Part shown: in pieces, positions 25,448-38,247 of the stretch
How positions within the stretch are numbered: the first letter of the stretch is position 1
How the letters are laid out: each line of letters starts with the position of its first letter
Assembly: GCF_032444005.1 (NCBI RefSeq)
Contig: NC_091282.1
Location: 692,044,001-692,108,000 of the forward strand
Direction of reading: 5' to 3'
DNA: 64,000 nucleotides
From: Ranitomeya imitator
Taxonomy: Eukaryota
Notes under the pieces: generated by a model
The model's input: the letters and a program-made list of their open reading frames with translations, nothing else
The model's database searches: none
Told to the model about the DNA's origin: nothing
Translations under genes and position numbers: made by a program

Positions 25448-26851
25448 TGTCACGATCAGCTGCAGCCGCAAAAGTGGCCCAGCCTATAGACGCCCCCAAG
25501 CCGACCAACCTCAGAAGGAGAAATATGGACCCTTTAAACCGCATAGGGGGACCCGGCCTACCCGAATTAGGGGAAGGCAGCGACCGGGGTTCTGTGGCAG
25601 CTGAGCATGTGGACAAGGAAAGAGACATGTAGGACTTGATCACACCAATACTTCAGTTAAAGAAAGTAAAGTTTACAAAAGTAAAGTCACACAGTACATA
25701 AACAAAACATGACGATGTCAGGCTCCCGATTCCACACCTCAGAAGGGTACCACCCAGTGGACCCCAAGGCACCAACAGATCACCGAGGCACAGATAGGCA
25801 GGACATCAGGACCCAGGCAGGACATCAGGGTACACGAGAACAGAGGGGAACAGGCAAGACATCAGGATACAAACAGGACATCTGGACTCATGAAAGACCT
25901 CAGGACATCAGGACACAGGCAGGGCAACAGGACATCAGGGAATAGACAGGATATCAGGACATCAGGGTCCATGAGGTCATCAAGACACAGGCAAGACATC
26001 AGGGCACAGACAGGACATCAGGACATCTGGACCCAGGGTCACCGGCAGACATCAGACAGGAGTCGTTCGGTTCCAGACATCCGACACAACCTACAGGCAC
26101 CACCAGAGACATCAGGCTCCAAGCTCCAGACAGCGGTCATCAGGTTCCAGACTGCGGTCGTCAAGCTCCGGGCATCGGACCTAGGAAGGAACTCAAGCGA
26201 GATGGTGCAAACACCGCCGTACTGGACATGAGCCAGACGGGGTTAACACCGCAGAGTAGTAGATGCTCAACAGAAACACCGGTTTCAAGAGACTCAAAAT
26301 CACTGGGAGTGAGGCTCCAGATGCAAAGGCATTCCAGGAACATAATCACAGCAGACACAGTTCAGATTCGGGCCTGGATATACCGCCTCCAGGACAGGCG
26401 CCAGAACAGGACAAAACAGGAATCAAGGCAAGGACTTTGGTACCAAAACATAGACAGGAGAGGTGCAGGTACAGAAACACACATAGCAAAGTTCAAGAGC
26501 TTTGTGAGTTTAGCTCAGGCCCCGCCCATAGGGCAGGGGAACTTTATATATGAGCTGCCCCTCAGCAATTGGCTGGGGACAGCATTTGAAGTACACACCC
26601 TAACCCTGATAAAAGTAGGGGAGGTGTGGCCGCACACGCCCTAAGCACACACAGAAACCATTACAGCACCAACAGTGCAGGTTCTGAGGCTCAGGGCACC
26701 TGACTAAAACTGCATGCACTGAGCCACGTGGAAAGTCATGTACCAGCCGCAAATGACCTCACAACCCGCGGACAGCTTCACAGCAGCAACCAGGGGCCGC
26801 ACATGAGGAATGTATGCAGCAGGGCAAATACCTAAATGCCCATGTATGACT
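25448..26851. mobile_element. LTR-like remnant with internal CAGGACATCAGG repeats
   Basis: Begins TGTCACG; degenerate tandem caggacatcagg units at about 25790-26050; right end uncertain. Confidence 0.4.
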
Positions 26852-27882
26852 GCGCAGCAGAGCAGGGAACTGAGAAGGCTCCATTCAGGTAAAAGCCAAC
26901 AGTATCCTAGCTCAAATTAGGGGGAGAAGAGTAAAGGGTTAAAGCAAACATATGCATTGTCATGCCAAAAACCAGAAACAGACAGAATGGCATGACAATA
27001 TGAATACAGTCTACATATTGTTGGTATCCAGTGGGAATAGTTTTTTTTCACATGATACTGCATTACCCCTAAAGGCTTCTTGGATGCACCAAAAAGGGCA
27101 CCTCCATATGATAAAGGTATTATGTTTCTCCCTGAAGTGAGCCTTCTCAGCCAGTCAACAGTACTATCACAGTTTCAACATTGACTGTGGCCTAGGGATG
27201 CTGTGAGTGACAGCTTAGGCGTCCTATGGGATCTGGAGTGTGCTGGACTGTCGGTTTTGTGAATGACAGTCCAGTCATCCAATCTGATCCTGGGCTGTGC
27301 TGGGCTGTCAGAATTTTGTGCTGGGCTGTCAGCCCTGCTGCTCAATCGGATCTATTCTGTGGGTGTTTCCCCAGGTGCCTCCCTTCCTCAAATGATTTGC
27401 AAGTTATTTAGCTGACTAGCTATGAGCATCAGATTGTCAGCTGTTGCTTTGCTTTAGTTAGGTGTGTGTGTTTGCTCCATGTCTGACTTCTTGATTTTGT
27501 TGCTAACCTGAGATTTGTTGTGACTATTCATTGGATTATCCCTTCTGCTTTTGACACTTGCTGATTCAGGTATCTGACCCCGGATTTGGCCTCTGACTAT
27601 CCGTTTATTTTACTCCTTCATTTTGATGTAGCCTCCTGGCATTTGACCCCAGACTGTTACCTGACCACGCCTTTGTCTTACCCCTTTCTACTACCATCCC
27701 TCCTGGTATATGACCTCGAACTTCCTGCCTACCCTGTCTCATGGCTTGCCCGTGATTAGTGACTGAGCATCACATTAGCACTGACCTACATACATTTTTC
27801 TTTTTTTGTCAGTATGGAGCCTGATCACATGCTCTGTGACCATGTGGCGAATTTAACGCAGATGATGCAGTATATGGCTAAG

Positions 27883-27886
<4 letters not shown>

Positions 27887-27916
<30 letters not shown>

Positions 27917-29638
27917 TTTATTTATATAGCGCCAACATATTCCGCAGCGCTTTACAAATTATAGAGGGGACTTGTACATACAATAGACATTACAGCATAA
28001 CAGAAATACAGTTCAAAACAGATACCAAGAGGAGTGAGGGCCCTGCTCGTAAGCTTACAAACTATGAGGAAAAGGGGAGACACGAGAGGTGGATGGTAAC
28101 AATTGCTATAGTTATTCGGACCAGCCATAGTGTAAGGCTTGGGTGTTCATGTAAAGCTGCATGAACCAGTTAATTAATTTTTTTTTTTTTTTTTTAGTAT
28201 AGGCCACACAGGGATCGTTAGGTTAATGCATTGAGGCGGTAGGCCAGTCTGAACAAATGAGTTTTTAGGGCACGCTTAAAACTGTGGGGATTGGGGATTA
28301 ATCGTATTATCCTAGGTAGTGCATTCCAAAGAATCGGCGCAGCACGTGTAAAGTCTTGGAGACGGGAGTGGGAGGTTCTGATTATTGAGGATGCTAACCT
28401 GAGGTCATCAGCGGAGCGGAGGGCACGGGTAGGGTGGTAGACTGAGACCAGAGAGGAGATGTAGGGTGGTGCTGAGCCATGGAGTGCTTTGTGGATGAGG
28501 GTAGTAGTTTTGTACTGGATTCTGGAGTGGATGGGTAGCCAGTGTAATGACTGGCACAGGGTAGAGGCATCGGTGTAACGGTTGGTGAGGAATATGATCC
28601 TGGCAGCAGCATTCAGGACAGATTGGAGCGGGGAGAGTTTGGTAAGAGGAAGGCCGATTAGTAGAGAGTTACAATAGTCCAGACGAGAATGAATAAGTGA
28701 AACAGTAAGAGTTTTTGCAGAGTCGAAAGTAAGAAAAGGGCGAATTCTAGAAATGTTTTTGAGATGCAGGTAAGAAGAGCGAGCCAGTGATCGGATGTGG
28801 GGGGTGAATGAAAGGTCAGAATCAAGGATGACCCCAAGGCAGCGGGCATGTTGCTTTGGAGTAATGGTGGAACCGCAAACGGAGATGGCAATGTCAGGCA
28901 AAGGTAGGTTAGTAGAGGGAGAGAACACGAGGAGTTCAGTTTTTGACAGGTTTAGTTTCAGATAGAGGGAGGACATGATGCTAGAGACAGCGGTAAGACA
29001 ATCACTGGTGTTTTCTAATAAGGCAGGCGTGAGATCAGGAGAAGAAGTGTATAGTTGGGTGTCGTCAGCATAGAGATGGTACTGGAAGCCAAATCTACTG
29101 ATTGTTTGTCCAATAGGGGCAGTATACAAAGAGAAGAGGAGGGGGCCTAGGACTGATCCTTGAGGAACCCCAACAGTAAGGGGAAGGTGAGAGGAGGAGG
29201 AACCAGCGAAACATACAGTGAAGGATCGGTCAGAGAGATAGGAGGAGAACCAGGAGAGAACGGTGTCCTTGAGGCCGATGGAGCGGAGCATAGTGAGGAG
29301 GAGCTGATGATCCACAGTATCAAATGCTGCAGAGAGATCCAAGAGAATTAGCATGGAGTAGTGACCATTAGATTTAGCTGTTAGTAGGTCATTAGAGACT
29401 TTAGTGAGGGCAGTTTCAGTAGAGTGTAAAGAGCGGAAGCCAGATTGAAGAGGGTCGAGAAGAGAGTTATCTGAGAGATAGCGGGTAAGACGGGAGTGGA
29501 CCAGGCGTTCGAGGAGTTTAGAGATGAAGGGAAGATTAGAGACAGGTCTATAATTAGCGGCACAGTTTTGATCGAGGGATGGTTTTTTAAGTAATGGATG
29601 TATGATGGCATGCTTAAATGAGGAGGGAAAAATACCGG
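27887..29638 (-). mobile_element. 5'-truncated L2 LINE inserted in the old gag
   Basis: (AAT)n tail at the left; 7-bp TSD AAGGAAT (27880-27886 and 29639-29645); removing it restores the frame [19 protein letters not shown]. Confidence 0.92.
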
Positions 29639-29666
29639 AAGGAATGCCAGAATCTGAAATCAACAC
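28218..29666 (-). CDS. L2 ORF2 reverse transcriptase fragment
   Basis: [61 protein letters not shown] motifs. Confidence 0.88.
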   Translation of the reverse strand: MLISDSGIPSGIFPSSFKHAIIHPLLKKPSLDQNCAANYRPVSNLPFISKLLERLVHSRLTRYLSDNSLLDPLQSGFRSLHSTETALTKVSNDLLTAKSNGHYSMLILLDLSAAFDTVDHQLLLTMLRSIGLKDTVLSWFSSYLSDRSFTVCFAGSSSSHLPLTVGVPQGSVLGPLLFSLYTAPIGQTISRFGFQYHLYADDTQLYTSSPDLTPALLENTSDCLTAVSSIMSSLYLKLNLSKTELLVFSPSTNLPLPDIAISVCGSTITPKQHARCLGVILDSDLSFTPHIRSLARSSYLHLKNISRIRPFLTFDSAKTLTVSLIHSRLDYCNSLLIGLPLTKLSPLQSVLNAAARIIFLTNRYTDASTLCQSLHWLPIHSRIQYKTTTLIHKALHGSAPPYISSLVSVYHPTRALRSADDLRLASSIIRTSHSRLQDFTRAAPILWNALPRIIRLIPNPHSFKRALKTHLFRLAYRLNALT

Positions 29667-31552
29667 TGTACCAGTTGCAGGGTCAGATATTTTTTTTTTT
29701 CAAAATTTCCCCTAGCCCTGCACTGCTAGTGGAGAAAGTGATGTCTGTCCCTTATGAAGTTCAGTTTGTCTCTCCCAAACCAGTAGTTGCCCTCCCTGAT
29801 AAATTTTTGGGCAAGAGAAACCAGTTTAGGGTGTTCAGGGAGAGCGGTAGATTATTCTTTACCCTAAGTCCCCAGTCTTAGGGGGTTGAGTCCAAAGGTG
29901 GGAATAGTTATGTCCGTATTGAAGGTGGCCCCCAGGCTTGGGCATTTTTCTTGTCCCTACAAGCCCGAAAACTGTTTTCAATTGACACCTTTTTTGATGC
30001 CAAAGGGGTTATCTATAACAAACCCGACAGAATCTGGGTTGCTGCAGCAAGGATCATGAACCTGACACGGGAGCCACACCACTGACTACAACTGTTCTGA
30101 ATTACGACAGTGGTCCACTGAGCTTCAGTGGAATGATATGGTCCATACATGCCAATTTAATAGAGGTCTGTCTGAATCCCTGAAGGGCGCTCTGGCTCTG
30201 CATGATCCCTCTTGTTTTTTGGCGGAAGCCATAACCCATGCCATACGGATGGACTGCAGAATTCGTGAGAGGAATGGTGGGCAATGGGATGGCTTGTATA
30301 CTCTCCCGGAGTATGCCCATTTACCTGCGGTAGGGCCAATGGCAGTTGGAGCTGCCAGCTTTCATGCTGTGGAGAAAAAACGGAGATAGGATATTGTACT
30401 CTGTTTCTACTGTGGTCTCATGGGACATTTTTTAAAGGACTCTTCAGCTCGCCCTCAAGCACGTAAACCGTTGTGAAAGTGTCTAAGTCTGGGTGATAGT
30501 CGAGGAGGTTACCCAGACTTCCAGGTAACCTTTTTATTATAAAGTGCTGGTTAAAACAGTTTTACCTTTCAAGAACCAGTCATTGTCAGCATTGGCTTTT
30601 ATTGACTGTGGGTCTGCAGTTAACTTTACTAATTCTGAACGATTTTAGAAATTAGGATTATGGACAGTTAGTCTGAAAAACCCATTAGAATTTTTTGCAT
30701 TGAGAAAACACCGCTATTCAAAACTGTCAAATTTGTAATGGTGGAATTCATGCTTCAAATAGGAGCAATTCACTCAGAATCTATCTAATGTTTTGTCTTG
30801 GATAATTTCACTCTGTCCGTATCTACTCTCCCTCTAATCTCCAAATGGCTGTCATATACCGACCACCAGGCTCAGCCACTGCCTTCATTGACCAATTCTC
30901 CACCTGGCTTCTTCACTTTCTCTCTGCTGACATCCCCACCATCATAATGGGTGACTTTAACCCCTTTCTGACGTCGGACGGGACAGTACGTCCGAGTTCA
31001 GATCCCCCACTTTGATGCAGAGCTCTGGCGGTGAGCTCGCATGAAAGTCGGGACATGTCAGCTGTTTTGAACATGTACCCGCAATAGCGACGGGTAAAAT
31101 CGCGATTCACCCACCGCTATTAGCTAGTTAAATGCCGCTGTCAAACGCTGACAGCGGCATTTAACTGGCGCTTCCGGCCATCTGGCCGGAAATGAGCGCA
31201 TCGCTGACCCCGTCACATGATCGGGGGTCAGCGATGCATCAGAATGGTAACCATAGAGGTCCTTGAGACCTCTATGGTTACTGATCCCGGCTAGCTGTGA
31301 GCGCCACCCTGTGGTCGGCGCTCATAGCACACCTGCCTCCCATGGAGGCTATTGAAGCATGGCAAAAGCAAAAAAAAAAGTGAAAAAAATAAAAAAAAAT
31401 TAAAGTTTAAATCACCCCCCTTTCGCCCCATTCAAAATAAATCAATAAAAAAATCAATCCTACACATATTTGGTAAGCAATAAATTACTTGGCACTCAGG
31501 AGAATATTTTCATGATAAGAAGTGAACAATTCGTTTATTAGGTGCATCCAGT

Positions 31553-31606
31553 TCAAATTTAAACGTTTTCGGTCTAATCACAAGACCTTCATCAGAAACC
31601 GTTTGA
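31553..31606 (-). ncRNA. Mirror-image hammerhead motif in the left arm
   Basis: Reverse complement of 31949-32002. Confidence 0.7.
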
Positions 31607-31948
31607 GAATACTGGAAGACACCCTGACTATATATGGGCCCATAAGGGTGCCGGCGTCAGATAGGGTCCGGGAGAAGAGAGCGCCTGGGGGTCTGGAGGT
31701 GTGGGGGAAGAGCGCTATAGAAAGGCGAGGAACTCGCAAGAGCCGAATCACTGGAACCTCGGGCGCACCGGCGCAGTGTTGCTGGGGTAGCGTTGCTCCC
31801 GGGACTGTCCGGCTCTTGCGACTTCCTCGCCTTTCTATAGCGCTCTTCCCCCACACCTCCGGACCCCCAGGCGCTCTCTTCTCCCGGACCCTATCTGACG
31901 CCGGCACCCTTATGGGCCCATATATAGTCAGGGTGTCTTCCAGTATTC

Positions 31949-32002
31949 TCAAACGGTTTCTGATGAAGGTCTTGTGATTAGACCGAAAACGTTTAAATTT
32001 GA
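31949..32002 (+). ncRNA. Minimal type I hammerhead ribozyme motif
   Basis: CTGATGA-A-GGTCT(TGTGATT)AGACC-GAAA-ACGT-TT; palindromic short stem III; stem I TCAAA-cgg-TTT pairing with AAA-TTTGA. Confidence 0.7.
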
Positions 32003-33445
32003 ACTGGATGCACCTAATAAACGAATTGTTCACTTCTTATCATGAAAATATTCTCCTGAGTGCCAAGTAATTTATTGCTTACAGTTGACGGGTTGGATAC
32101 CTAACTTGTGCACCACCAAGAAGCCCTGAGTGCCGTGTTTCCTATTGCTACACATATTTGGTATCGCCGCATTCAGAATCGCCCAATCTATCAATAAAAA
32201 AAGGATTAACCTGATCACTAAATGGCATAGCGAGAAAAAAATTCGAAACGCGAGAATTACGTTTTTTTGGTCGCCGCGACATTGCATTAAAATGCAATAA
32301 CGGGCGATCAAAAGAACGTATCTGCATGAAAATGGTATAATTAAAAACGTCAGCTCGGCACATAAAAAATAAGCCCTCAACAGACCCCAGATCATGAAAA
32401 ATGGAGACGCTACGGGTATCGGAAAATGGCACAATTTTTTTTTTTTAGCAAAGTTTTGAATTTTTCTTCACCACTTACATAATAGAGAACCTAGACATAT
32501 TTGATGTCGATGAACTCGTAATGACCTGGAGAATCATAGTGGCAGGTCAGTTTTTTTGGCATTTAGTGAACCTAGTAAAAAAGCCAAACAAAAAACAAGG
32601 GTGGGATTGCACTTTTTTTGCAATTTCACCGCACTTGGAATTTTCTTCCCGTTTTCTAGTACACGACATGCTAAAACCAATGATGTTCAAAAGTACAACT
32701 TGTTTCGCAAAAAACAAGCCCTCACATGGCCATATTGATGGAAAAATAAAAAAGTTATGGCTCTGGGAAGGAGGGGAGCGAAAAACAAACAAGGAAAAAT
32801 GGAAAATCCCAAGGTCATGAAGGGGTTAATATCCCTACTGACAACCGCAAGCCAGAAGCCTCCAAGCTCCTGGCCCTTACCTCATCCTTTGGACTTAATC
32901 AGTGGTCCTCCGCAGCCACCCACACAGACGGATTTACACTAGACCTCATCTTCACCCGCCTCTTTTCCTTATCTAATCTCAAACCTCTCCCTTCCCCCTA
33001 TCTGACCACCATCTACTCACCTTCTCATCCTTGTCCTCCTCACCCACCCTCCATGTCCAGCCACTACCACATCCTCGCAGAAACCTCGCACACCTAGACA
33101 TTCACAGACTCTCAGACTCTCTTCTACCCCTGTCCTCCATATCTTCACTCCACGACATGGACAGCGCCACCGCTTTCTATAACTCCACCCTCACATCAGC
33201 CATAGACTCAGTCGCCCCTCTCATGCATGGCAAAGTGCGACAAATCAATAAGCGACCCTGGCATAACAATCTCACCAAAAAACTTCGACAAGCATCCAGG
33301 GTCGCGGAGCGGCATTGGAAGAAAACACGCCTGCCAGACGACTTCACTGCTTTCAAACTACACTTGCCTTCAAATTAGCCCTCACCTCTGCTAAACAATC
33401 AAGTGGCTCGAGCCTTTTTACAGGGTCTCTATCACGACCCAGGCT

Positions 33446-36387
33446 CTATGTGCCACTGTGCCCCCTGGGCACTAGGGTGGACAGGTTACTTGTAATAATC
33501 CAGCTATCCTGACGGTTTCTGCTATGCCTCTTAGAGTCCGACACAGCCTCGGTCTCCGGACTTCCGGAATCTGCGCTCAGCCATGGAGGTAGCCCAAACG
33601 CTGCTATGCTCCCCTGGTGTCACTCTCCTGTGCTTCCTTCTCCTGCACGCTCACTAAACAATATTCTTCACCTCCGCACAGCTGCAGCCAAACTAACCAC
33701 CTAGCATAGCAATCAAAATAATGCTGAGAGTCCCACACGGCAGCTCCAGTGGTGCAGTATCCAAGGAAAACAAAACGAAAAATATCCAAATGTATAAGAA
33801 GAGAGGAACGCACTCACCGGGCAGGTAAAATCCAATCCTTTATTACAGCATGGACAAACTTAGCAGGGAGGGGAGTGGAGGATGACGGACGACGGCCGTT
33901 TCACGCTTACGAGCGCTTCTACGGGACCCGTAGGAGCACATTTAAACAATATTCTTCCTTTCGTATTCTCTCTCTTTCTTCAGGAGCTGCAGTGACTCTG
34001 GATGCATGGCCCCTTCAGTACTTCAGACACTCAAGGTCTGACTGCTCTCTTCTATGTCCTCTGACAGAGTGCCCCCTTTCTTTCCCTCCAGACCAGAATA
34101 TAGGAAAGTTCCCCTTAATACGGGTTCAGAGCTCCCCCTTCTGGCCTGGAGTGTGAACATGTTGTGTGCATTGTGTTTACCTTGTGAAAGAGATCTTCCT
34201 TCACTTCCAAGTGTGACATCACTCTCCCCGTGAGGAAAGCAATGCCACTGTGACGACCATGACCCTGGGGTGTCACACTCTTCCCCCCGTGAAATCCAGT
34301 ACTCCCGGACTGGGAAAAGAAAACAACAATAACAGGTTATTAAAAAGACATACAAAAACATTTTTGTTATGCATGTAAACAGGTTAATACATGTAAACTT
34401 GAGCTTCCCTTTATGGAAGGAGTTTTTACTTTAACGTTACATAACTTTATTATATAAAATAACTTTTCAAAATTATAGATCTTTACTATATTATACTAGG
34501 GAATGGTAACTACCCTTATGGGTATACTACTTAGAATTCTCTTTATTCAAGTGCAAAAACAAACATCAGTTCTATTTCTCTCATTCACTATCTTTCGCTA
34601 TAATATTCAACACTATTTGCATATTATTATACTAACTCACTAATAACTTTCTCAAAGTGCAAGAAACCTAAACATTCTCTTAATATATTTAAAGGTGCAA
34701 CCATCTTTCAAGTCATTCAACACTTTCTGAGTACTTTTCCTATCTATTCTGACTATATTAAGCACTATCACTTTATTAAACAAAGTGCAACCAATTTAAC
34801 ATTTTACTATGCTTTCTTCTGCAGCTTCAACTATATAAACCGAGGTAGTGCTTTAAATTATGCAATTTATCATTCAAGTCAATCACTTAAACAGCAGTAA
34901 CGATGCGAGGGACCTGTTTTCGTCAACCCCCAACGTAGGTCTTGGGTGGGCTACGTGGCGTATATCCAGACCCTGTCTCCTGCCACGGCAAACGGGTTAT
35001 TTTTCAGGTCTGTAAGCAAATCAACTCTTAAGGCAAATGTTATAAACAGTTTCTTTAAAGGTCTTTTGTAAAACCAGTAGGAAGCACCGTAAAAGATGTC
35101 AACTATGTACAGAAAAGTTTTTGGATCATACATTGTTCATGACCTCACTGTCTCTTTCAACAAATGACCTCCTTAATGCAAAAGCCATTGCCAGGTTAAA
35201 TGAAACTTTTAAACAGTTAACTTATTCACAGTCATATTCAAACTTGCAGATTCAATTCTTCCTTTTCCAAGGTAGCACTTGCACATGACAGTTTCCTTGA
35301 TGAGAGTTCAGGCGTATGCCAGGTACAACATACAGTTGGTCAGTACCCACTATGGCTCTGCACTGAAGGTCCTGCTCTCTGTCCACCTGCTCCTGTTTGA
35401 GCGCCTGCTGCCAACAGTACTCCTTCTGGCTGATTACTTCCAAGTGTTTTCCCTCAGCCTGGGCCTCCCCGGTGAACCCTATCAAGTTGGCGCCGGAGTG
35501 CTCCCACCGGAAGGTCACCCATTCTCCGTGCACTTCCTGGGCCTCTTTTGTCAGCTTCGGAGGTATGTTCTGTCTCCCAGGGCTGCTCCCACTTGATCAG
35601 TGTGCAGACCCGGCCGGGAGGTAGGGGTGGCAGGGCGTCTACAGGCCCTATCAGGGTGTCGTCAGCTACCATGGAAGGGTCGGTGTTCTTACCTGCCGCT
35701 GTGGCATCTCTGGTGCCGAGCTCCTCCGTTGCAGGCTGGGGTTCCGGAATCTGGCTCCACTGCTGCTCTCACGCTCTTGCGGCTGCGCGGAACCAGGTCT
35801 GCCGGAGCTGACAGCACAGCTCCTCCACTTCTCCACTCCTCCACTATGTGCCACTGTGCCTCCTGGGTACTAGGGCAGACAGGTTACTTGTAATAATTCA
35901 GCTGTCCTGCCAATTTCTGGTATGCTTCTTAGAGTCCGACACAGCCTTGGTCTCCCGCCTACCAGAATCTGCACTCAGCCAGGGAGGTAGCCCAAATGCT
36001 GCTATGCTCCCCTGGTGTCACTCTCCTGTGCTTCCTTCTCCTGCACGCTCACTAAAAATATTCTTCCTCTTGTATATTCTCTTCTTTCTCCAGGAGCTGC
36101 AGCGACTCTGGCTGCACAGCCCCTTCAGTCCTTCCGACACTCAAGGTCTGACTGCTCTCTTCTCTGTCCTCTGACAGAGTGCCCCCTTTCTTTCCCTCCA
36201 GACCAGAATATAGGGAAGTTACCCTTAATCCGGGTTCAGAGCTCCCCCTTCTGGCCTGGAGTGTGAACATGTTGTGTGCATTGTGTTTAGCTGGTGAAAG
36301 AGATTTTCCTTTGCTTCCAAGTGTGACATCACTCTCCTAGTGAGGAAAGCAATGCCTCTGTGACAACCAGGACCCTGGGGAGTCACA
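33446..36387 (-). mobile_element. Non-autonomous LTR element (two LTR copies, mostly non-coding interior)
   Basis: Direct repeats 33446-34277 and 35844-36387, both ending TCACA; minus-strand polypurine tract CACGGGGGGAAGAG at 34278-34291; no pol. Confidence 0.7.
33670..33942 (-). mobile_element. Short Penelope-like pLTR insertion in an LTR
   Basis: 15-bp TSD TAAACAATATTCTTC (33655-33669 and 33943-33957); the sister LTR shows the empty site near 36055; hammerhead-like motif at 33888-33925, then AATAAA and GGTGAGTGC on the minus strand. Confidence 0.72.
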
Positions 36388-37577
36388 GAAACTTTTCGCA
36401 ACCTGTTGGCGGTGGCCGTCCAAAGGTACTATTTCTCTCGGTGTGTCGTACTGGCATTGCACCAGCACGTGTCCCACAACATAAACCGTGCCCTGAACAA
36501 TGTGGTTACTGGGAAAGTCCACCAGACCACGGACACATGGACAAGTACAGGGACGGTACAACTTACTGACGGCACACTGGGTTAACATAGTGGAAACCGG
36601 GAACAAGTCGGACCTTGGGATGGAGCATGTCCTCCCAACACCGAGGAGTGCGGGCCCTACGTCAGTCAGAGTTACCCACACAGTCTACAGCTCCTGCACC
36701 TCCTCCTCTTCAGCCTCCGTCTCTGAAATGAGCACATCAGTCACAAGCGGTAAGCACTGCAGCACTGCCTTAGCCAAGCAGCAACTGACTTGTGCTGAAG
36801 CTAATCTGCTCAGGTGAGAAACCGCACAATGCTGAAGAGTTGTGGACAGCTCTGAAAGAGCAGTCAGATTTGTGGCTAACACCACTGAACCTACAGCCAG
36901 GCATGGTCGTGTGTGACAATGGCCAGAACCTGGTGGCGGCTCTGAGGCGAGGTGAGCTCACACACGTACCATGCCTGGCCCATGTGCCTAACCTCATCAT
37001 TCAACAGTTTACTCAAAAGCTATCCGGAGCTGACTGATCTGCTTGTGAAAGTACACCACCTGTGTGCCCATTTTATAAAGTCAGCTACAGCTTCAGCCGC
37101 CCTTGCCATGCTTCAGCAGCATTTGCAGCTTCCGGCTCACCGACTGGTGTGTGATGTCCCCACGCGTTGGAACTCTACACTGCATCTGTTGGAAATGATT
37201 TGTGAGCAGAAGAGGGCAGTTGTTGACTACCAGCATCAACAAGGCCATTGTGATTCAGTTCAGACTCCACCCGTAAGACCACAGGAGTGGATATGGATGT
37301 CAGACATATGTACCATCCTACAAAACTTTGAGGACTCCACCAAAATGGTGAGCGGTGATGACGCCATAATTAGCATCACCATCCCTCTTCTCTGCATTCT
37401 GAACAGCTCTCTGCTCACAATGAAAGAGGATGCTGTTGTGAATTCTGTTGTCGGGCTCCCTCCTGTGGTCATGAATGGTACTTCGGCTGGTTCTATCCAT
37501 GGAATTCCTCTGGTGGCTGTGGGTGTTTCTGAGTTTCCTTCCACAGGTGACGAGGTTAATTCGTTAGCTGGCTGCTC

Positions 37578-37584
37578 TATTTAA
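37578..37584 (+). promoter_or_regulatory. TATA-like box of the 5' LTR
   Basis: TATTTAA, 30 nt upstream of GCCACCTGT, the inferred transcript 5' end. Confidence 0.55.
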
Positions 37585-38247
37585 CTCCACTTAGATCTTT
37601 GCTCCATGCCACCTGTCAATGTTCCAGTATTGGTCTTGTTCACTCCTGGATCGTTCTTGTGACCTGTCTTCCCAGTAGAAGCTAAGTGCCTGCCTGTTTT
37701 TCTCTGGTTTGCTATTTTTCTGTCCAGCTTGCTATTTTGTTGTTGTCTTGCTTGCTGGAAGCTCTGGGACGCAGAGGGAGCGCCTCTGCACCGTGAGTCG
37801 GTGCGGAGGGTCTTTTTGCGCCCTCTGCGTGGTCTTTTTGTAGGTTTTTGTGCTGACCGCAAAGCTACCTTTCCTATCCTCGGTCTGTTCAGTAAGTCGG
37901 GCCTCACTTTGCTAAATCTATTTCATCTCTGTGTTTGTATTTTCATCTTTACTCACAGTCATTATATGTGGGGGGCTGCCTTTTCCTTTGGGGAATTTCT
38001 CTGAGGCAAGGTAGGCTTTATTTTTCTATCTTCAGGGCTAGCTAGTTTCTTAGGCTGTGCCGAGTTGCATAGGGAGCGTTAGGAGCAATCCACGGCTATT
38101 TCTAGTGTGTGTGATAGGATTAGGGATTGCGGTCAGCAGAGTTCCCACGTCCCAGAGCTCGTCCTTTATTATCAGTAACTACCAGGTCATTCCGTGTGCA
38201 CTTAACCACCAGGTCCATTATTGTCCTGACCACCAGGTCATAACAGT

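Larger units (their letters stand above)
31473..32147 (+). mobile_element. Penelope-like pLTR insertion with a 273-bp inverted duplication
   Basis: Arms 31473-31745 and 31810-32082 (2 mismatches seen); 16-bp TSD CTACACATATTTGGTA (31460-31475 and 32148-32163); hammerhead motif, AATAAA and TGAGTGC in each arm. Confidence 0.75.
30961..32825. mobile_element. Non-autonomous piggyBac-like element
   Basis: TTAA TSD (30957-30960 and 32826-32829); termini CCCCTTTCTGAC / GTCATGAAGGGG. Confidence 0.85.
30810..33400 (+). mobile_element. L2 endonuclease-region fragment split by a TTAA element
   Basis: AVIYRPPGS..IIMGDFN continues after the insertion as IPTD..THTDGFTLDLIF, then AERHWKKT. Confidence 0.8.

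Noticed and set aside
31522-32033. Two near-identical 151-aa ORFs on opposite strands
   Set aside because: They are an automatic consequence of the palindrome and contain no recognisable domain.
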